Below are positions 7,557 to 17,700 of a DNA stretch of 24,000 nt, piece by piece. A program made the position numbers and the translations under genes. Source of the stretch: Nitrincola lacisaponensis (GTDB lineage Bacteria; Pseudomonadota; Gammaproteobacteria; Pseudomonadales; Balneatricaceae). The notes under the pieces were generated by a model, which saw only the letters and a program-made list of their open reading frames with translations, ran no database searches and was not told the origin of the DNA. Position 1 is the stretch's first letter. Every line of letters starts with the position of its first letter. The stretch is taken from NCBI RefSeq assembly GCF_000691225.1, contig NZ_JMSZ01000021.1:109764-133763 (forward strand). Direction: 5' to 3'.

Positions 7557-7847
7557 ATGTCAAAAGTGTGTTTGCGTGTTGTTGTTTCTGGTCGGGTTCA
7601 GGGAGTATGGTTCCGTCGTTTTACCCAGCAAAAAGCTGAGGCACACGGTGTGCTGGGCTGGGTGCGTAACCTGGCCGATGGGCGTGTTGAAGCACTGCTC
7701 TGTGGAGATGAAATCAATGTGCGTCATGTTGAAGCCTGGATGAGCCAGGGACCTGAGTTGGCGAATGTGGCTGAGCTGTTGAGTGAAGAGCAACCCTGGC
7801 AGGCAGACTATGCCGATTTTCAGGTGCTGGAGGATGCTGAGGCATAA
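7557..7847 (+). CDS. acyP: Acylphosphatase
   Basis: 96 aa; VSGRVQGVWFRRFTQQKA and GWVRNLADGRVEAL contain the conserved catalytic Arg and Asn blocks. Confidence 0.92.
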   Translation: MSKVCLRVVVSGRVQGVWFRRFTQQKAEAHGVLGWVRNLADGRVEALLCGDEINVRHVEAWMSQGPELANVAELLSEEQPWQADYADFQVLEDAEA

Positions 7848-7918
7848 AGTCTCGGGAACCTCTGGTGTTGGTAAATGACATAACTACTGAATGAGGAGAA
7901 TTTCACAGGAGGTCGTTA

Positions 7919-8533
7919 ATGTCAGAATCCCTTGAGCAGAGTCATTTCAAGCCACAAAACAGGTCGGACTGGATCGCTTATCGCATGACACGTTTTTTAC
8001 GTTTTTTTGCCGATAAACTGTTTGCCAATCGTTATGGTCATCGAGCCGTGGTGCTGGAAACTGTGGCAGCCGTACCGGGTATGGTGGGTGGAATGCTGCA
8101 GCATTTAAAAGCTCTGCGGCGTATTCGGGATGATGAAGGCTGGATCCGCACCTTGCTGGATGAGGCCGAAAATGAACGCATGCATCTGATGACCTTTGTG
8201 CATATAGCTCAGCCCAACCGCTTTGAACGTCTGCTGATACTTTTGGTTCAGGGTATATTCTACAACAGCTTTTTTCTGCTTTATCTGTGTTCACCCCGTA
8301 CCGCCCATCGTTTTGTCGGTTACCTGGAAGAGGAAGCGGTATACAGCTATACCGAGTACCTTGCCGGGATTGATGAGGGGCTGTATGAAAATGTACCGGC
8401 GCCACAGATTGCGATCGACTACTGGCAGTTGCCCGACGATGCACGTTTGCGTGACGTGGTATTGGCGGTGCGTGCCGATGAAGCCGGGCACCGTGATGTG
8501 AACCATCAGTTTGCCGATGCGTTGAATGACTGA
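7919..8533 (+). CDS. aox: Bacterial alternative oxidase (AOX), di-iron ubiquinol oxidase
   Basis: 204 aa with all four AOX ligand helices: [54 protein letters not shown] immediately upstream. Confidence 0.92.
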   Translation: MSESLEQSHFKPQNRSDWIAYRMTRFLRFFADKLFANRYGHRAVVLETVAAVPGMVGGMLQHLKALRRIRDDEGWIRTLLDEAENERMHLMTFVHIAQPNRFERLLILLVQGIFYNSFFLLYLCSPRTAHRFVGYLEEEAVYSYTEYLAGIDEGLYENVPAPQIAIDYWQLPDDARLRDVVLAVRADEAGHRDVNHQFADALND

Positions 8534-8542
8534 GCTGGGGCC

Positions 8543-11125
8543 TCAGAAGAGAGGCACCGGCAGTTGGCAGTGTTCGATGAACGCATCTATCGGCATGGGA
8601 CGTGCATAGAAATAGCCCTGGAAGCACTGGCAACCCAGCATTCTCAATGACTTGAGCTGTTGTTCATTTTCCACGCCTTCAGCGATAACGTTCAGGCTCA
8701 GGCTGCGACCCAGATCGATGATGGTTCTGGCAACGGCCAGATCACGTGGATCACGGTGCATGTCGCGCACGAAGGCCTGATCCACTTTGAGGGTGTCCAG
8801 TGGCAGGCTGATAAGCATATTCAAGGAAGAGAAACCGGTACCAAAGTCATCCAGTGAAAAGCGTATGCCATGCTGTTTCAGCTGCAACATCTTATCAATG
8901 GTGTGTTCTATATTGTCGATTAACAGACTTTCTGTCAGTTCCAGTTCCAGACGGTGTGCCGGTGCGCCAGTCTCGCTGAGAATACTCAGGACATCATCAA
9001 CAAACTGATGGTGATGCATCTGTACGGCACTGATGTTAACAGCGAGGGTGAGATGTGCTGTTTCCGGATCATCTGCCCAGCGTACCAGCTGCTTGCAGGC
9101 CGTACGCAGTATCCAGTGACCCATGGGTACGATGAGCCCGGTTGTTTCCGCGACCGGGATAAAGTCAGCCGGTGACACCAGCGGTTGGTCGGGTGGTTGC
9201 CAGCGAATCAAGACTTCAGCTCCCAGTAGCTGCTGATTGCTATGATATTGTGGCTGATAATAGAGAATAAACTCGTTTTCTTTAAGTGCACGACGTAACC
9301 CGAATTCAAGCTCAGCACGGTGCTCTGCCTGCTGCTGCATGCGGGTATCAAAGAAGCGTACCTGATTGCGTCCGACCTTTTTGGCGTCGTAAATGGCCAG
9401 CTCGGCCTGTTTGATCAGTTCTTCTGCGCTGTGTTGACTGTCTGAGAAGAGCGCTACACCAAAGCTGGCCGTGGTAACATAGTCCTGGTTTTGCAGGATG
9501 AAGGGCTGTTCGAAGGCTGCAATCAATTTGTCGAGCACCTGCTCAACCTGATTGAGTAAAACAGATGTGTCAGCTGACAGATCTTCCAGTAGCAGCATAA
9601 ACTCGTCACCGCCAAAGCGTGCAAGAGTATCACTGACCCGGATTTGATGGCTCAGACGCCGTGCAATAGCGGTCAGCAGCTGATCGCCGGTTTGATGTCC
9701 GAGAGTATCATTCAGCGTACGGAAATTATCCAGATCAATCATGATCACGGCTCCGTTGCCTATTTCCTGATGACGGTTGACCAGGCTGTGTTGCAGTCGA
9801 TCCAGCAGTAAACGCCGGTTGGGAAGGCCCGTCAGTACATCGTAAAAAATCAGCTGATGCACTTCTTTTTTATGGCGTTGTTGCTCGGTAATATCGGTCG
9901 CCAGTCCGCAAAGTGCATAAATTTTGCCCTGATCATCGCGCATCGGCACTTTAACCGATAGGAAGGTTCTGGGCTCCTCTTCACCGGGAAGTTTGTTGAC
10001 TTCCTCTCTGACCAGAGTTTCACCACTGAGCAGGGTCTGATCATCCAGACGGAAAATCTCAGCGGCCGAATCCGGATCAAAAAAAGCCTCGTCTGTCTGC
10101 CCCAGAATGTCAGATTCAGAGCAGTTAAACAGCTCACAAACCTTGGGGCTGGCATAGAGGTAATGGTGTTGCAGATCCTTGATATACACGTAGGCCTGCA
10201 GGTTGCTGAGAATCGTGGACAGCTTCTCGTCACTGCGCTTCAGTTCACGTCGGGTAAAGCGTATTTCCCGACGCTGGTATTTCATCAGTATCAGTGCCAG
10301 CAGCAATAAAACAATCAGGATACCGGCAAAAATCCACAGGCTTTTGGGCACTGTGTTCAGGGGTTTCTCTGTTTGCCAACCCTGCAGGATACGCTGATAG
10401 GGGGAGTCCGGTTGGTCGCTCCAGCGTGTTAGCCAATGATCAATGCGCTGCAGATAATCATGATGACTGTTTAAGGGCGCAGCAAAAAACAGTCGGGCGG
10501 GCTGAAACAGGATGGATGTGGACTCCAGTTGATAGCGATCTGCATGGTGGCTGCCAAACAGGTTGTTGGTTGCCAGGCCATCGGCCTGCCCGTCACGCAC
10601 CTGTTCCAGTGCAGCCTGCAAGCTGCTCACGGGAAGCCACTCAACTTGCAGGGAAAACTCCTGGGCCACTTGTTGCAGATAGGCTTGCTGAACTGAACCG
10701 GCGAGCAGCGCAATCCGTTTACCTTCAAGGTCCAGTACAGAATCGATGCTGACATCCTGATGACGGAATACCTGTGACCAGCTGTGGAGTGCCGGGCGTT
10801 GATGAAATGTCATCTCACGTTCACGTGCTTCGGTTCGGGCAACGTCGGGCAGCAGATCCAGTTCGCCGGATCTGAGCGCAGACAAGCAGGCATCCCACTG
10901 GCAGCTGACAGCCTGGAGTTGCCAGTTTTCACGCAACGCTATTTCCCGGATCAGCTCACCGAAAATCCCGGAAGGCAAGCCATCCGGTCCCATCAGAATT
11001 TTGGGTGGATTCTCATAGACACCCACGCGTACGATGGTGTGGTCTGCGAGCGTGATTGAACTGGCCAGTAAACTCAGCAATCCGGCAGCGGCAATCTTCC
11101 ATTTCATCAAAGCCATCCATTTCAT
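8543..11125 (-). CDS. Membrane sensor with periplasmic family-3 solute-binding domain, PAS, GGDEF and EAL domains
   Basis: Signal peptide, then SBP-like DHTIVRVGVYENPPKILMG...; TM segment WIFAGILIVLLLLALILMKY; PAS (YIKDLQHHYLYASPKV...); RVSD-TLARF-GGDEF; ELELTESLL...DDFGTGFSSLNML...AEGVENEQQ. The ORF track begins at TTG 11128; ATG codons are at 11125 and 11107. Confidence 0.92.
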   Translation of the reverse strand: MKWMALMKWKIAAAGLLSLLASSITLADHTIVRVGVYENPPKILMGPDGLPSGIFGELIREIALRENWQLQAVSCQWDACLSALRSGELDLLPDVARTEAREREMTFHQRPALHSWSQVFRHQDVSIDSVLDLEGKRIALLAGSVQQAYLQQVAQEFSLQVEWLPVSSLQAALEQVRDGQADGLATNNLFGSHHADRYQLESTSILFQPARLFFAAPLNSHHDYLQRIDHWLTRWSDQPDSPYQRILQGWQTEKPLNTVPKSLWIFAGILIVLLLLALILMKYQRREIRFTRRELKRSDEKLSTILSNLQAYVYIKDLQHHYLYASPKVCELFNCSESDILGQTDEAFFDPDSAAEIFRLDDQTLLSGETLVREEVNKLPGEEEPRTFLSVKVPMRDDQGKIYALCGLATDITEQQRHKKEVHQLIFYDVLTGLPNRRLLLDRLQHSLVNRHQEIGNGAVIMIDLDNFRTLNDTLGHQTGDQLLTAIARRLSHQIRVSDTLARFGGDEFMLLLEDLSADTSVLLNQVEQVLDKLIAAFEQPFILQNQDYVTTASFGVALFSDSQHSAEELIKQAELAIYDAKKVGRNQVRFFDTRMQQQAEHRAELEFGLRRALKENEFILYYQPQYHSNQQLLGAEVLIRWQPPDQPLVSPADFIPVAETTGLIVPMGHWILRTACKQLVRWADDPETAHLTLAVNISAVQMHHHQFVDDVLSILSETGAPAHRLELELTESLLIDNIEHTIDKMLQLKQHGIRFSLDDFGTGFSSLNMLISLPLDTLKVDQAFVRDMHRDPRDLAVARTIIDLGRSLSLNVIAEGVENEQQLKSLRMLGCQCFQGYFYARPMPIDAFIEHCQLPVPLF

Positions 11126-11270
11126 CAAAGCGTTTATTCCTTAAAGGGATCATAGGCCCAGTATAGATCTGAAAAATCAAAACTGCGTAGCCTGGCGCTG
11201 CTGTTAACTCCACTAAACTTAGCATAGGATACACGGATGTTTAGACAAGGTTTTTAGAAGGAGCAGCCGC

Positions 11271-14200
11271 TTGAATGCGACAACGGACTGGCCGACCGGA
11301 CTCATGGTCATCCAGGGGAACCATCTGGAAGAGTTACGTCATCTGATGGTGCGCTGGACGCAGCGCTATCCACTCAGGCCGCTCGAAAATGAAGTCATGC
11401 TGGTGCAGAGTAATGGCATTGCTCAATGGCTCAAACTGGCACTGGCCGCCAAGGCGGGAGATGAGCTGGAATCCGGTTTGGGGATCGCAGCGGGCCTGCA
11501 GGTGATGCTACCAGGACGGTTTATCTGGCAGGCCTATCGTGCGGTGTTCCCCAGGTTGCCCAGCGCCTCTCCTTTTGATAAAGGTCCGCTGACCTGGCGC
11601 TTGTTGCGCCTGCTCAATGATCTGCCCGCGCTTGCTGCACGGGCCGGGAATGCCCAGGTATTACAGCCACTGGAGTATTTTCTGCAGCAGGATCCCTCGG
11701 TGTCCCGAACCTGGCGTCTGGCTTCGCGGCTGGCGGATCTTTACGATCAGTATCAGGTATACCGTGCGGACTGGCTGGATGCCTGGTTGGCTGGCGAGAC
11801 GGTGATAATCACTGCTCAGGGAGAGCGTCTGCCGCTGAGTGCAGAACAGCTCTGGCAGCCCTTGCTCTGGCAGTGGTTGCATGAAGATATTGCGGCTGAA
11901 CATGCCGAGATCGATTTTTTGCACTACGCCAGTCGTTCCAGTGTGCACCGACTGTTTTGTCAGCAGCTCAGTCAGGTATCTGCAGGGCAGGGCGCGGCTG
12001 GTTTACCCCGTCGAATCATTGTGTTTGGTATTTCTTCGTTACCTCAGCAGACACTGGAAGTGCTCGAAGTGTTGGCACAGTTTTCTCAGGTCATGCTGTT
12101 TGTCTGTAATCCCAGTCAGCATTACTGGGGCGACCTGATTGAAGGCCGTGAACTGTTCAAAAAAGCCTATCGTCGCAATTCAGGGCGTCCAGTTCCTGAC
12201 AGCCTGACTGATGAACAGTTGCATTTGCACGGCCATCCATTGCTTGCCGCCTGGGGGCGTCAGGGGCGGGATTATCTCCGACTGCTGGATGAGCGTGATC
12301 AGCCATCAACCTACCAGCAGCACTTTGAGCGTATCGACCTGTTTATTTCACCGGGTGATAAGACGCTGTTACAGCAGCTTCAGGACGATATTCTGGCATT
12401 ACGCAGCCTGGCAGAACGCCAGGCGATGTATACACAGGTACAGGCGCAGGATCGCAGCCTGTGTTTCATGGTCGCACACAGTCCTCAGCGTGAAGTGGAG
12501 ATACTACAGGACCAGTTGCTGGCGGAGTTTGAGGCCGCACAGCAGGCCGGTAATCCGCTGAACCCGCGTGATATTCTGGTTATGGTGCCGGATATTCAAC
12601 AGTATGCCGCACATATCGATGCGGTGTTTGGCAAGCTGGATCGTCATGATCCGCGCTATTTGCCGTTTCACATTGCTGATCAGGGGCAGCGCCATAAAGC
12701 GCCCCTGTTGATTGCCCTGGAGAGCCTGCTGCACCTGCCTGAATCACGTTTCAGTGTAACGGAGTTGCTGGATCTGCTGGATGTCCCGGCGCTGCGTGCC
12801 CGTTTTGAACTGGATGAAGTAGATCTGATCAGCCTGAAACGCTGGATTCAGGGAGCCAATATCCGTTGGGGACTGGATGCTACGCAGCGTGCGGCGCTGG
12901 ATCTGCCAGATGGTCTGGAAAGCAATACCTGGCGTTTTGGTCTGAAGCGTATGCTATTGGGGTACGCCAGTGGCGATACGGCCGGATGGCAGGGGACTGT
13001 GCCCTATGCGGAAGTGGCAGGACTGGAAGCGGCCAAGCTGGGGCCGCTGGTGTTGTTGCTGGATCAGCTGGAGAGCCTCTGGCATCTGCTGCCCCAACCG
13101 GCCAATGCATCTGGCTGGATTGCCCGTTTGCAGCAGCTGTTGCAGGACTTTTTCCTGCCTCAGAACGATCAGGATCAGGCACTGTTACTCAGGTTTGAAC
13201 AGCAGGCAACGCAGTGGCTCGATGCCATTGCCCTGGGTGATGCCTCTGACTTGCCCTTGACGCTGGATGTGGTGCGTGAGGAACTTCTGTCCGGTCTTGA
13301 CCAGCCGGGCCTGAGTCAGACCTTCCTTGCCGGTTCAGTGAACTTTGCCACCTTGATGCCGATGCGTGCAATTCCGTTTCGGCAGGTCTGGCTATTGGGG
13401 ATGAACGATGGTGATTATCCACGCTCGGTCAGTGCAGTCGACTTTGATTTGATGGCACAGGATTATCGTCCCGGCGATCGCTCACGTCGGGAAGATGACC
13501 GCTACCTGTTTCTGGAGGCGTTACTGGCGGCTCGCGAGAAGCTGGTGATCAGCTGGGTGGGGCGTAATGTGCGTGACAACTCGGTTCGACCGGCCTCGGT
13601 GCTGGTTGGACAGCTGCGCGATCATCTGCAGTCCGGTTGGCAGGGGCAAACACCGGATTTGTTGTCCGAACTGACCACTGAGCATCCGTTGCAACCTTTC
13701 AGCCACCAGTATTTTGCCGTTGAGTCTGCCTCGGAATCCGGACGCAGTTACGCAGCTGAATGGCTGGCCGTCCATCAGCCAGAACCAGAGCCGCCAGACA
13801 TACCCGCACTCGATACCTGGCAGCCCGATAGCCCCTTGTCGTTGACACAGCTGGTGCAGTTGCTGAAACAGCCGGTGGACAGCTTTTACAGCTTGCGCCT
13901 GCAAGTACCACGTACCGAGTCGATTCAGGTATTGCGTGATACGGAGAGTTTCGCACTGGACGGTCTGGAAGTCTGGCAATTGCGTGATCGGCTGTTGCAC
14001 ACGGCAGTGATGCCCGCCGTCGATGAGGAGGATTTTCTGCAGCGCAGTGCTGCAGAGGTTCAGCGTATGCAGCAAGAGGGTATTCTGGTTGAGGGTAGCC
14101 TGGGGCAACTGCAAGCGCAGACGCTGAAGCAAGGACTGGATGCTCTACAGGAAGTCTGGCAGGTTGAACGCCAGACCTACAGCGAGGCACTGGAAAGTCA

Positions 14201-14789
14201 GCCAGTGCAGTGTGCGGTACAGACCTCATGGGGTGTTCTGGCGGTTGAAACCCTGCTTGAACCCCTCTATCGAAATCCTGAAAACGGTGATCTGGCACTG
14301 CTGTTATTGCAAAGCAGCGGCCTGATCCGCCAGGGGCGCAACCGCAAATGGCATAATCATCTGCGAGGCTGGTTGATGCATCTGTTGGCTCATCAGCAGG
14401 GACTCAGACTGACTACCCGGATCCTGACACCGGAAGGGCAGATTGGCTTTGCCCCTCTGGACTCAGCGGCTGAGGCAACCGAATGCCTGGAGCGCCTGTT
14501 GCAGGCTGCTCATGAAACACTGCAAGCTCCCACGCTGATCAACCTGGAGACAGGTATTACCTGGCTGGAAAACAGTAGTGATCTGGACCCGTCAGGCACT
14601 CCTGAAGGTCGGCTGGTGACAAGGCTGCAGGACGCCTTGGATAATACCTTTCAGCAGAGCCGGTTTTTCCAGCAGCACTGTGCTGACCTGCAACAACTCC
14701 TGAGTGATGGAGCCTTTGCCCGTCGAGCCCAGGCACTCTATGGCGACTTTCATCATGCGGTGAAAACCCATAAGGACGGTGCGGCATGA
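11271..14789 (+). CDS. recC: Exodeoxyribonuclease V gamma subunit RecC
   Basis: 1172 aa; VIQGNHLEELRHLM...NEVMLVQSNGIAQWLKLALA; LNDGDYPRS motif present as WLLGMNDGDYPRSVSAVDFDLM. Predicted TTG start preceded by AAGGAG. Followed by recB and recD. Confidence 0.93.
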   Translation: MNATTDWPTGLMVIQGNHLEELRHLMVRWTQRYPLRPLENEVMLVQSNGIAQWLKLALAAKAGDELESGLGIAAGLQVMLPGRFIWQAYRAVFPRLPSASPFDKGPLTWRLLRLLNDLPALAARAGNAQVLQPLEYFLQQDPSVSRTWRLASRLADLYDQYQVYRADWLDAWLAGETVIITAQGERLPLSAEQLWQPLLWQWLHEDIAAEHAEIDFLHYASRSSVHRLFCQQLSQVSAGQGAAGLPRRIIVFGISSLPQQTLEVLEVLAQFSQVMLFVCNPSQHYWGDLIEGRELFKKAYRRNSGRPVPDSLTDEQLHLHGHPLLAAWGRQGRDYLRLLDERDQPSTYQQHFERIDLFISPGDKTLLQQLQDDILALRSLAERQAMYTQVQAQDRSLCFMVAHSPQREVEILQDQLLAEFEAAQQAGNPLNPRDILVMVPDIQQYAAHIDAVFGKLDRHDPRYLPFHIADQGQRHKAPLLIALESLLHLPESRFSVTELLDLLDVPALRARFELDEVDLISLKRWIQGANIRWGLDATQRAALDLPDGLESNTWRFGLKRMLLGYASGDTAGWQGTVPYAEVAGLEAAKLGPLVLLLDQLESLWHLLPQPANASGWIARLQQLLQDFFLPQNDQDQALLLRFEQQATQWLDAIALGDASDLPLTLDVVREELLSGLDQPGLSQTFLAGSVNFATLMPMRAIPFRQVWLLGMNDGDYPRSVSAVDFDLMAQDYRPGDRSRREDDRYLFLEALLAAREKLVISWVGRNVRDNSVRPASVLVGQLRDHLQSGWQGQTPDLLSELTTEHPLQPFSHQYFAVESASESGRSYAAEWLAVHQPEPEPPDIPALDTWQPDSPLSLTQLVQLLKQPVDSFYSLRLQVPRTESIQVLRDTESFALDGLEVWQLRDRLLHTAVMPAVDEEDFLQRSAAEVQRMQQEGILVEGSLGQLQAQTLKQGLDALQEVWQVERQTYSEALESQPVQCAVQTSWGVLAVETLLEPLYRNPENGDLALLLLQSSGLIRQGRNRKWHNHLRGWLMHLLAHQQGLRLTTRILTPEGQIGFAPLDSAAEATECLERLLQAAHETLQAPTLINLETGITWLENSSDLDPSGTPEGRLVTRLQDALDNTFQQSRFFQQHCADLQQLLSDGAFARRAQALYGDFHHAVKTHKDGAA

Positions 14790-17700
14790 CTGATCAGATT
14801 AACCGTCTGGACCCGCTGACGTTTCCACTGCAAGGACAGGCACTGATTGAAGCCAGTGCCGGTACAGGCAAGACATTTACCCTGGCTTTGCTGTATTTGC
14901 GCCTGGTGATACAACATGGTGGTGAACAGGCTTTCACGCGCCCGTTACTGCCACCGGAAATACTGGTGGTGACCTTCACCAATGCGGCGACAGCTGAACT
15001 GCGCGATCGTATCCGTGCCCGCCTGGTGGAGGCGGCTCAGGTGTTTGAGGGAGCTGAGTCAGAGGATGCATTACTGCAGGCATTGAAGCAGCAATTGCCA
15101 CCCGAGCAGCATCCACGTGCAGCCCGTCAACTCACACTGGCCGCTCAATGGATGGATGAATCTGCGATTTCTACCATTCATGCCTGGTGTTATCGCATGT
15201 TACGCGAGCATGCTTTTGATAGTGGCAGTGCGTTTGACCCGCAACTGGAAACACATGAGCAAACCTGGCAGCAGCAGGCCGCGGAAGACTATTGGCGTTC
15301 TGAGTACAGCCAGTTGCCACTGGATGAGCTGTCACGGGTTGTCAGTTGCTGGGCCTCACCTGATGCTTTGCTGAAAAAGGTCAAGCCCTGTCTGGACAAG
15401 CTTGTATACCTGCCTCAGCCCGGCGGGTCTGCATTGCAGCTGATTCATCAATATCTGCATCAGCGTGCACAGCAATTGGCCGACCTTAAGGCAAGATGGC
15501 AGCGGGAAGATTATATCGGGCAGTTACAGCAGCTGTTTGATCAGGCGGCCCGGCAAAAAGCCTTTCAGGCGAAAAAACTGAACAGCAATCATCGAGCGGG
15601 TGTGCTGAATAAACTGTCTGACTGGCTGGCGCAGGTATCACAGGAAGATCCGGGTATTTTTTCCGGAAAAAGCTGGCGGGTGATGTCCTCAGAAGGGGTG
15701 CAGGAGATTTGGCTGGAGGCGGATCAGGCACCGGTTGATCATCCTGCCTGTCGTGCGCTGGCGCAGCTGCAAGCGGATCTGGCCGCCTTGCCTGATCTTG
15801 AGCCTGATCTGCTATGTCATGCGGCACACTGGATTGCTGCCCGGATTGAAAAGGTCAAACTGCAATCCAATAGTCTCAGTCAGAACGACCTGCTGCTGCG
15901 GCTGGACCAGGCTCTGGCTTCAGCTCAGGGGGATGCATTGGCGAGGGCGATTCGCAAGCAGTTTCCGGTAGCGCTGGTGGATGAATTTCAGGATACAGAC
16001 CCGGTGCAGTACCGTATTTTTCGCCGTATTTATCATCAGCAGGGCGATAGTGAAGCCGTTGGCTTTTTTATGATCGGAGATCCGAAACAGGCCATCTACG
16101 CCTTTCGGGGAGCAGATATTTACACCTATCTGCAAGCACGTCGGGACAGTGAAGGGCGGCATTATACCCTGGATACCAATTACCGCTCGACAGCGGCGCT
16201 GATCACATCGGTGAATGAGGTATTCAGCCTGGCTGAACAGCGTTCCCGGGGCGCATTTCTGTTCAAGTCAGATCAGCAGAACCCGGTGCCGTTTGTACCG
16301 GTCAGGGCAGGGCGTGCCGAACTGCCGGGCTTGCTGCTGAATGGACAGGCGGCTCCGGCACTACAAGCCTGGTGGGTTGAACCGGTAGACGGCAAACTGA
16401 ATAAGGGCGATGCTCGTGCCCGTCTGGCTCAGGCGACGGCAGCCCGTATTACTGAATTACTGACTCAGGGGCAGCAGGGCAAGGCGTTGCTGCCCTTGGG
16501 CGACGCGGGCAGTTGGCGTGGCGTCCAGCCTGCGGACTGTGCTGTTTTGGTGAGCAATCTCACTGAGGCCAATTTGATCCGGCAGTCCTTGCAGCAGCTA
16601 GGGGTGGCCAGTGTCTATCTGTCGGATCGCTCCAGTGTATTTCAGACCCGTGTAGCCAGCGAGCTGTTACAGCTGCTGAGGGCTGTGGCGTCACCCTTGA
16701 ATGAAAAACTGATCCGCGCAGCTCTGGCCAGCCCATTGTTACGCCTTGATGTGCGTTTACTGGAGCGCTTGAATCGGGATGAGCTCTACTGGGAAAGCCA
16801 GTCTGGACAGTTTGTCACTTACCACCAGCTGTGGCAGCGTCAGGGGATACTGCCGTTAATTTATCGGCTGATACAGGATTTCAAACTGGCTGCAGGTGCC
16901 ACGCAGCGTGCACAGGGCGAGCGTGAGCTGACCGATCTGCTGCATCTGGGAGAGTTGTTGCATCAGGCCGCCGACATGCTTGATGGTGAACAGGCTCTGA
17001 TTCGTTTTCTGGAAGAGTCGATACTGGAGCCGGATGAGCAGAGTGAAGCGCAACAACTGCGTCTGGAAACCGATGATCAGCTGGTTCGGGTAGTGACGAT
17101 TCACAAGTCGAAAGGACTGGAGTATCCATTAGTTTTCCTGCCTTTTATTGGTGATAGCCGTCCGGCTACCGCGCGCGATACGCTGTTGATCACGCATACA
17201 TCGGACCAGCAGGTGGAAGTGCATCTACGCAGTAATGCGGAGAATCTGGCCCAGGCGGATGACGAGCGTCTGGCAGAAGATCTGCGCAAGCTTTATGTTG
17301 GTTTGACCCGTGCCCGCTTTGTTAACTGGATAGGTGTGGCCGAGACAGACGGGTTTGCGTCATCGGCACTGGCTTATGTTTTGAATGCGCCCGCTGAGTG
17401 CCCTGTTGAGGCCCTGCAAGCGCTGCAGACACTCAGTCGCCAAGCCTTGCCCGAGCAGTTGCCAGAGCCCTGGCAGCCAGAGCAGACCGCAGTGCAGTTT
17501 GCGGTACGCCAGGCGCCCCGCTTGACACATGAACACTGGTGGATCGCCAGCTATTCTGCCCTGAAGCAGGGGCGAACACAGGTCAGTGAAACCGCCTGGC
17601 AGGAAACCCTTCTGGACTCTCAGGAGAGCGACGATCTGCAGACGGCCATGCTGCCATCCAGAGATCTGCACGGCCTGCCTAAAGGCAGTCATATCGGTAC

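Noticed and set aside
7947-8633. 228 aa minus-strand ORF antisense to the alternative oxidase
   Set aside because: Composition-driven shadow ORF with His/Ser/Pro-rich low-coherence sequence, overlapping a gene with clear AOX motifs; no recognisable domain.
9850-10752. ORFs of 127 aa (-) and 152 aa (+) within the GGDEF-EAL gene
   Set aside because: Both overlap coding sequence for the PAS/TM region of the large sensor and lack independent evidence.
11129-11270. Search for sigma70 -35/-10 pairs between the sensor gene and recC
   Set aside because: Only weak matches; I cannot support a specific promoter position from sequence alone.
13521-14298. Overlapping minus-strand ORFs of 203 and 199 aa inside recC
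   Set aside because: Antisense to well-supported recC coding sequence, no family features, typical of GC-skewed codon shadows.
15973-15980. GCTGGTGG (E. coli Chi sequence) inside recB
   Set aside because: Chi specificity varies between species and a single 8-mer in G/T-rich coding sequence is expected by chance; no density analysis possible here.
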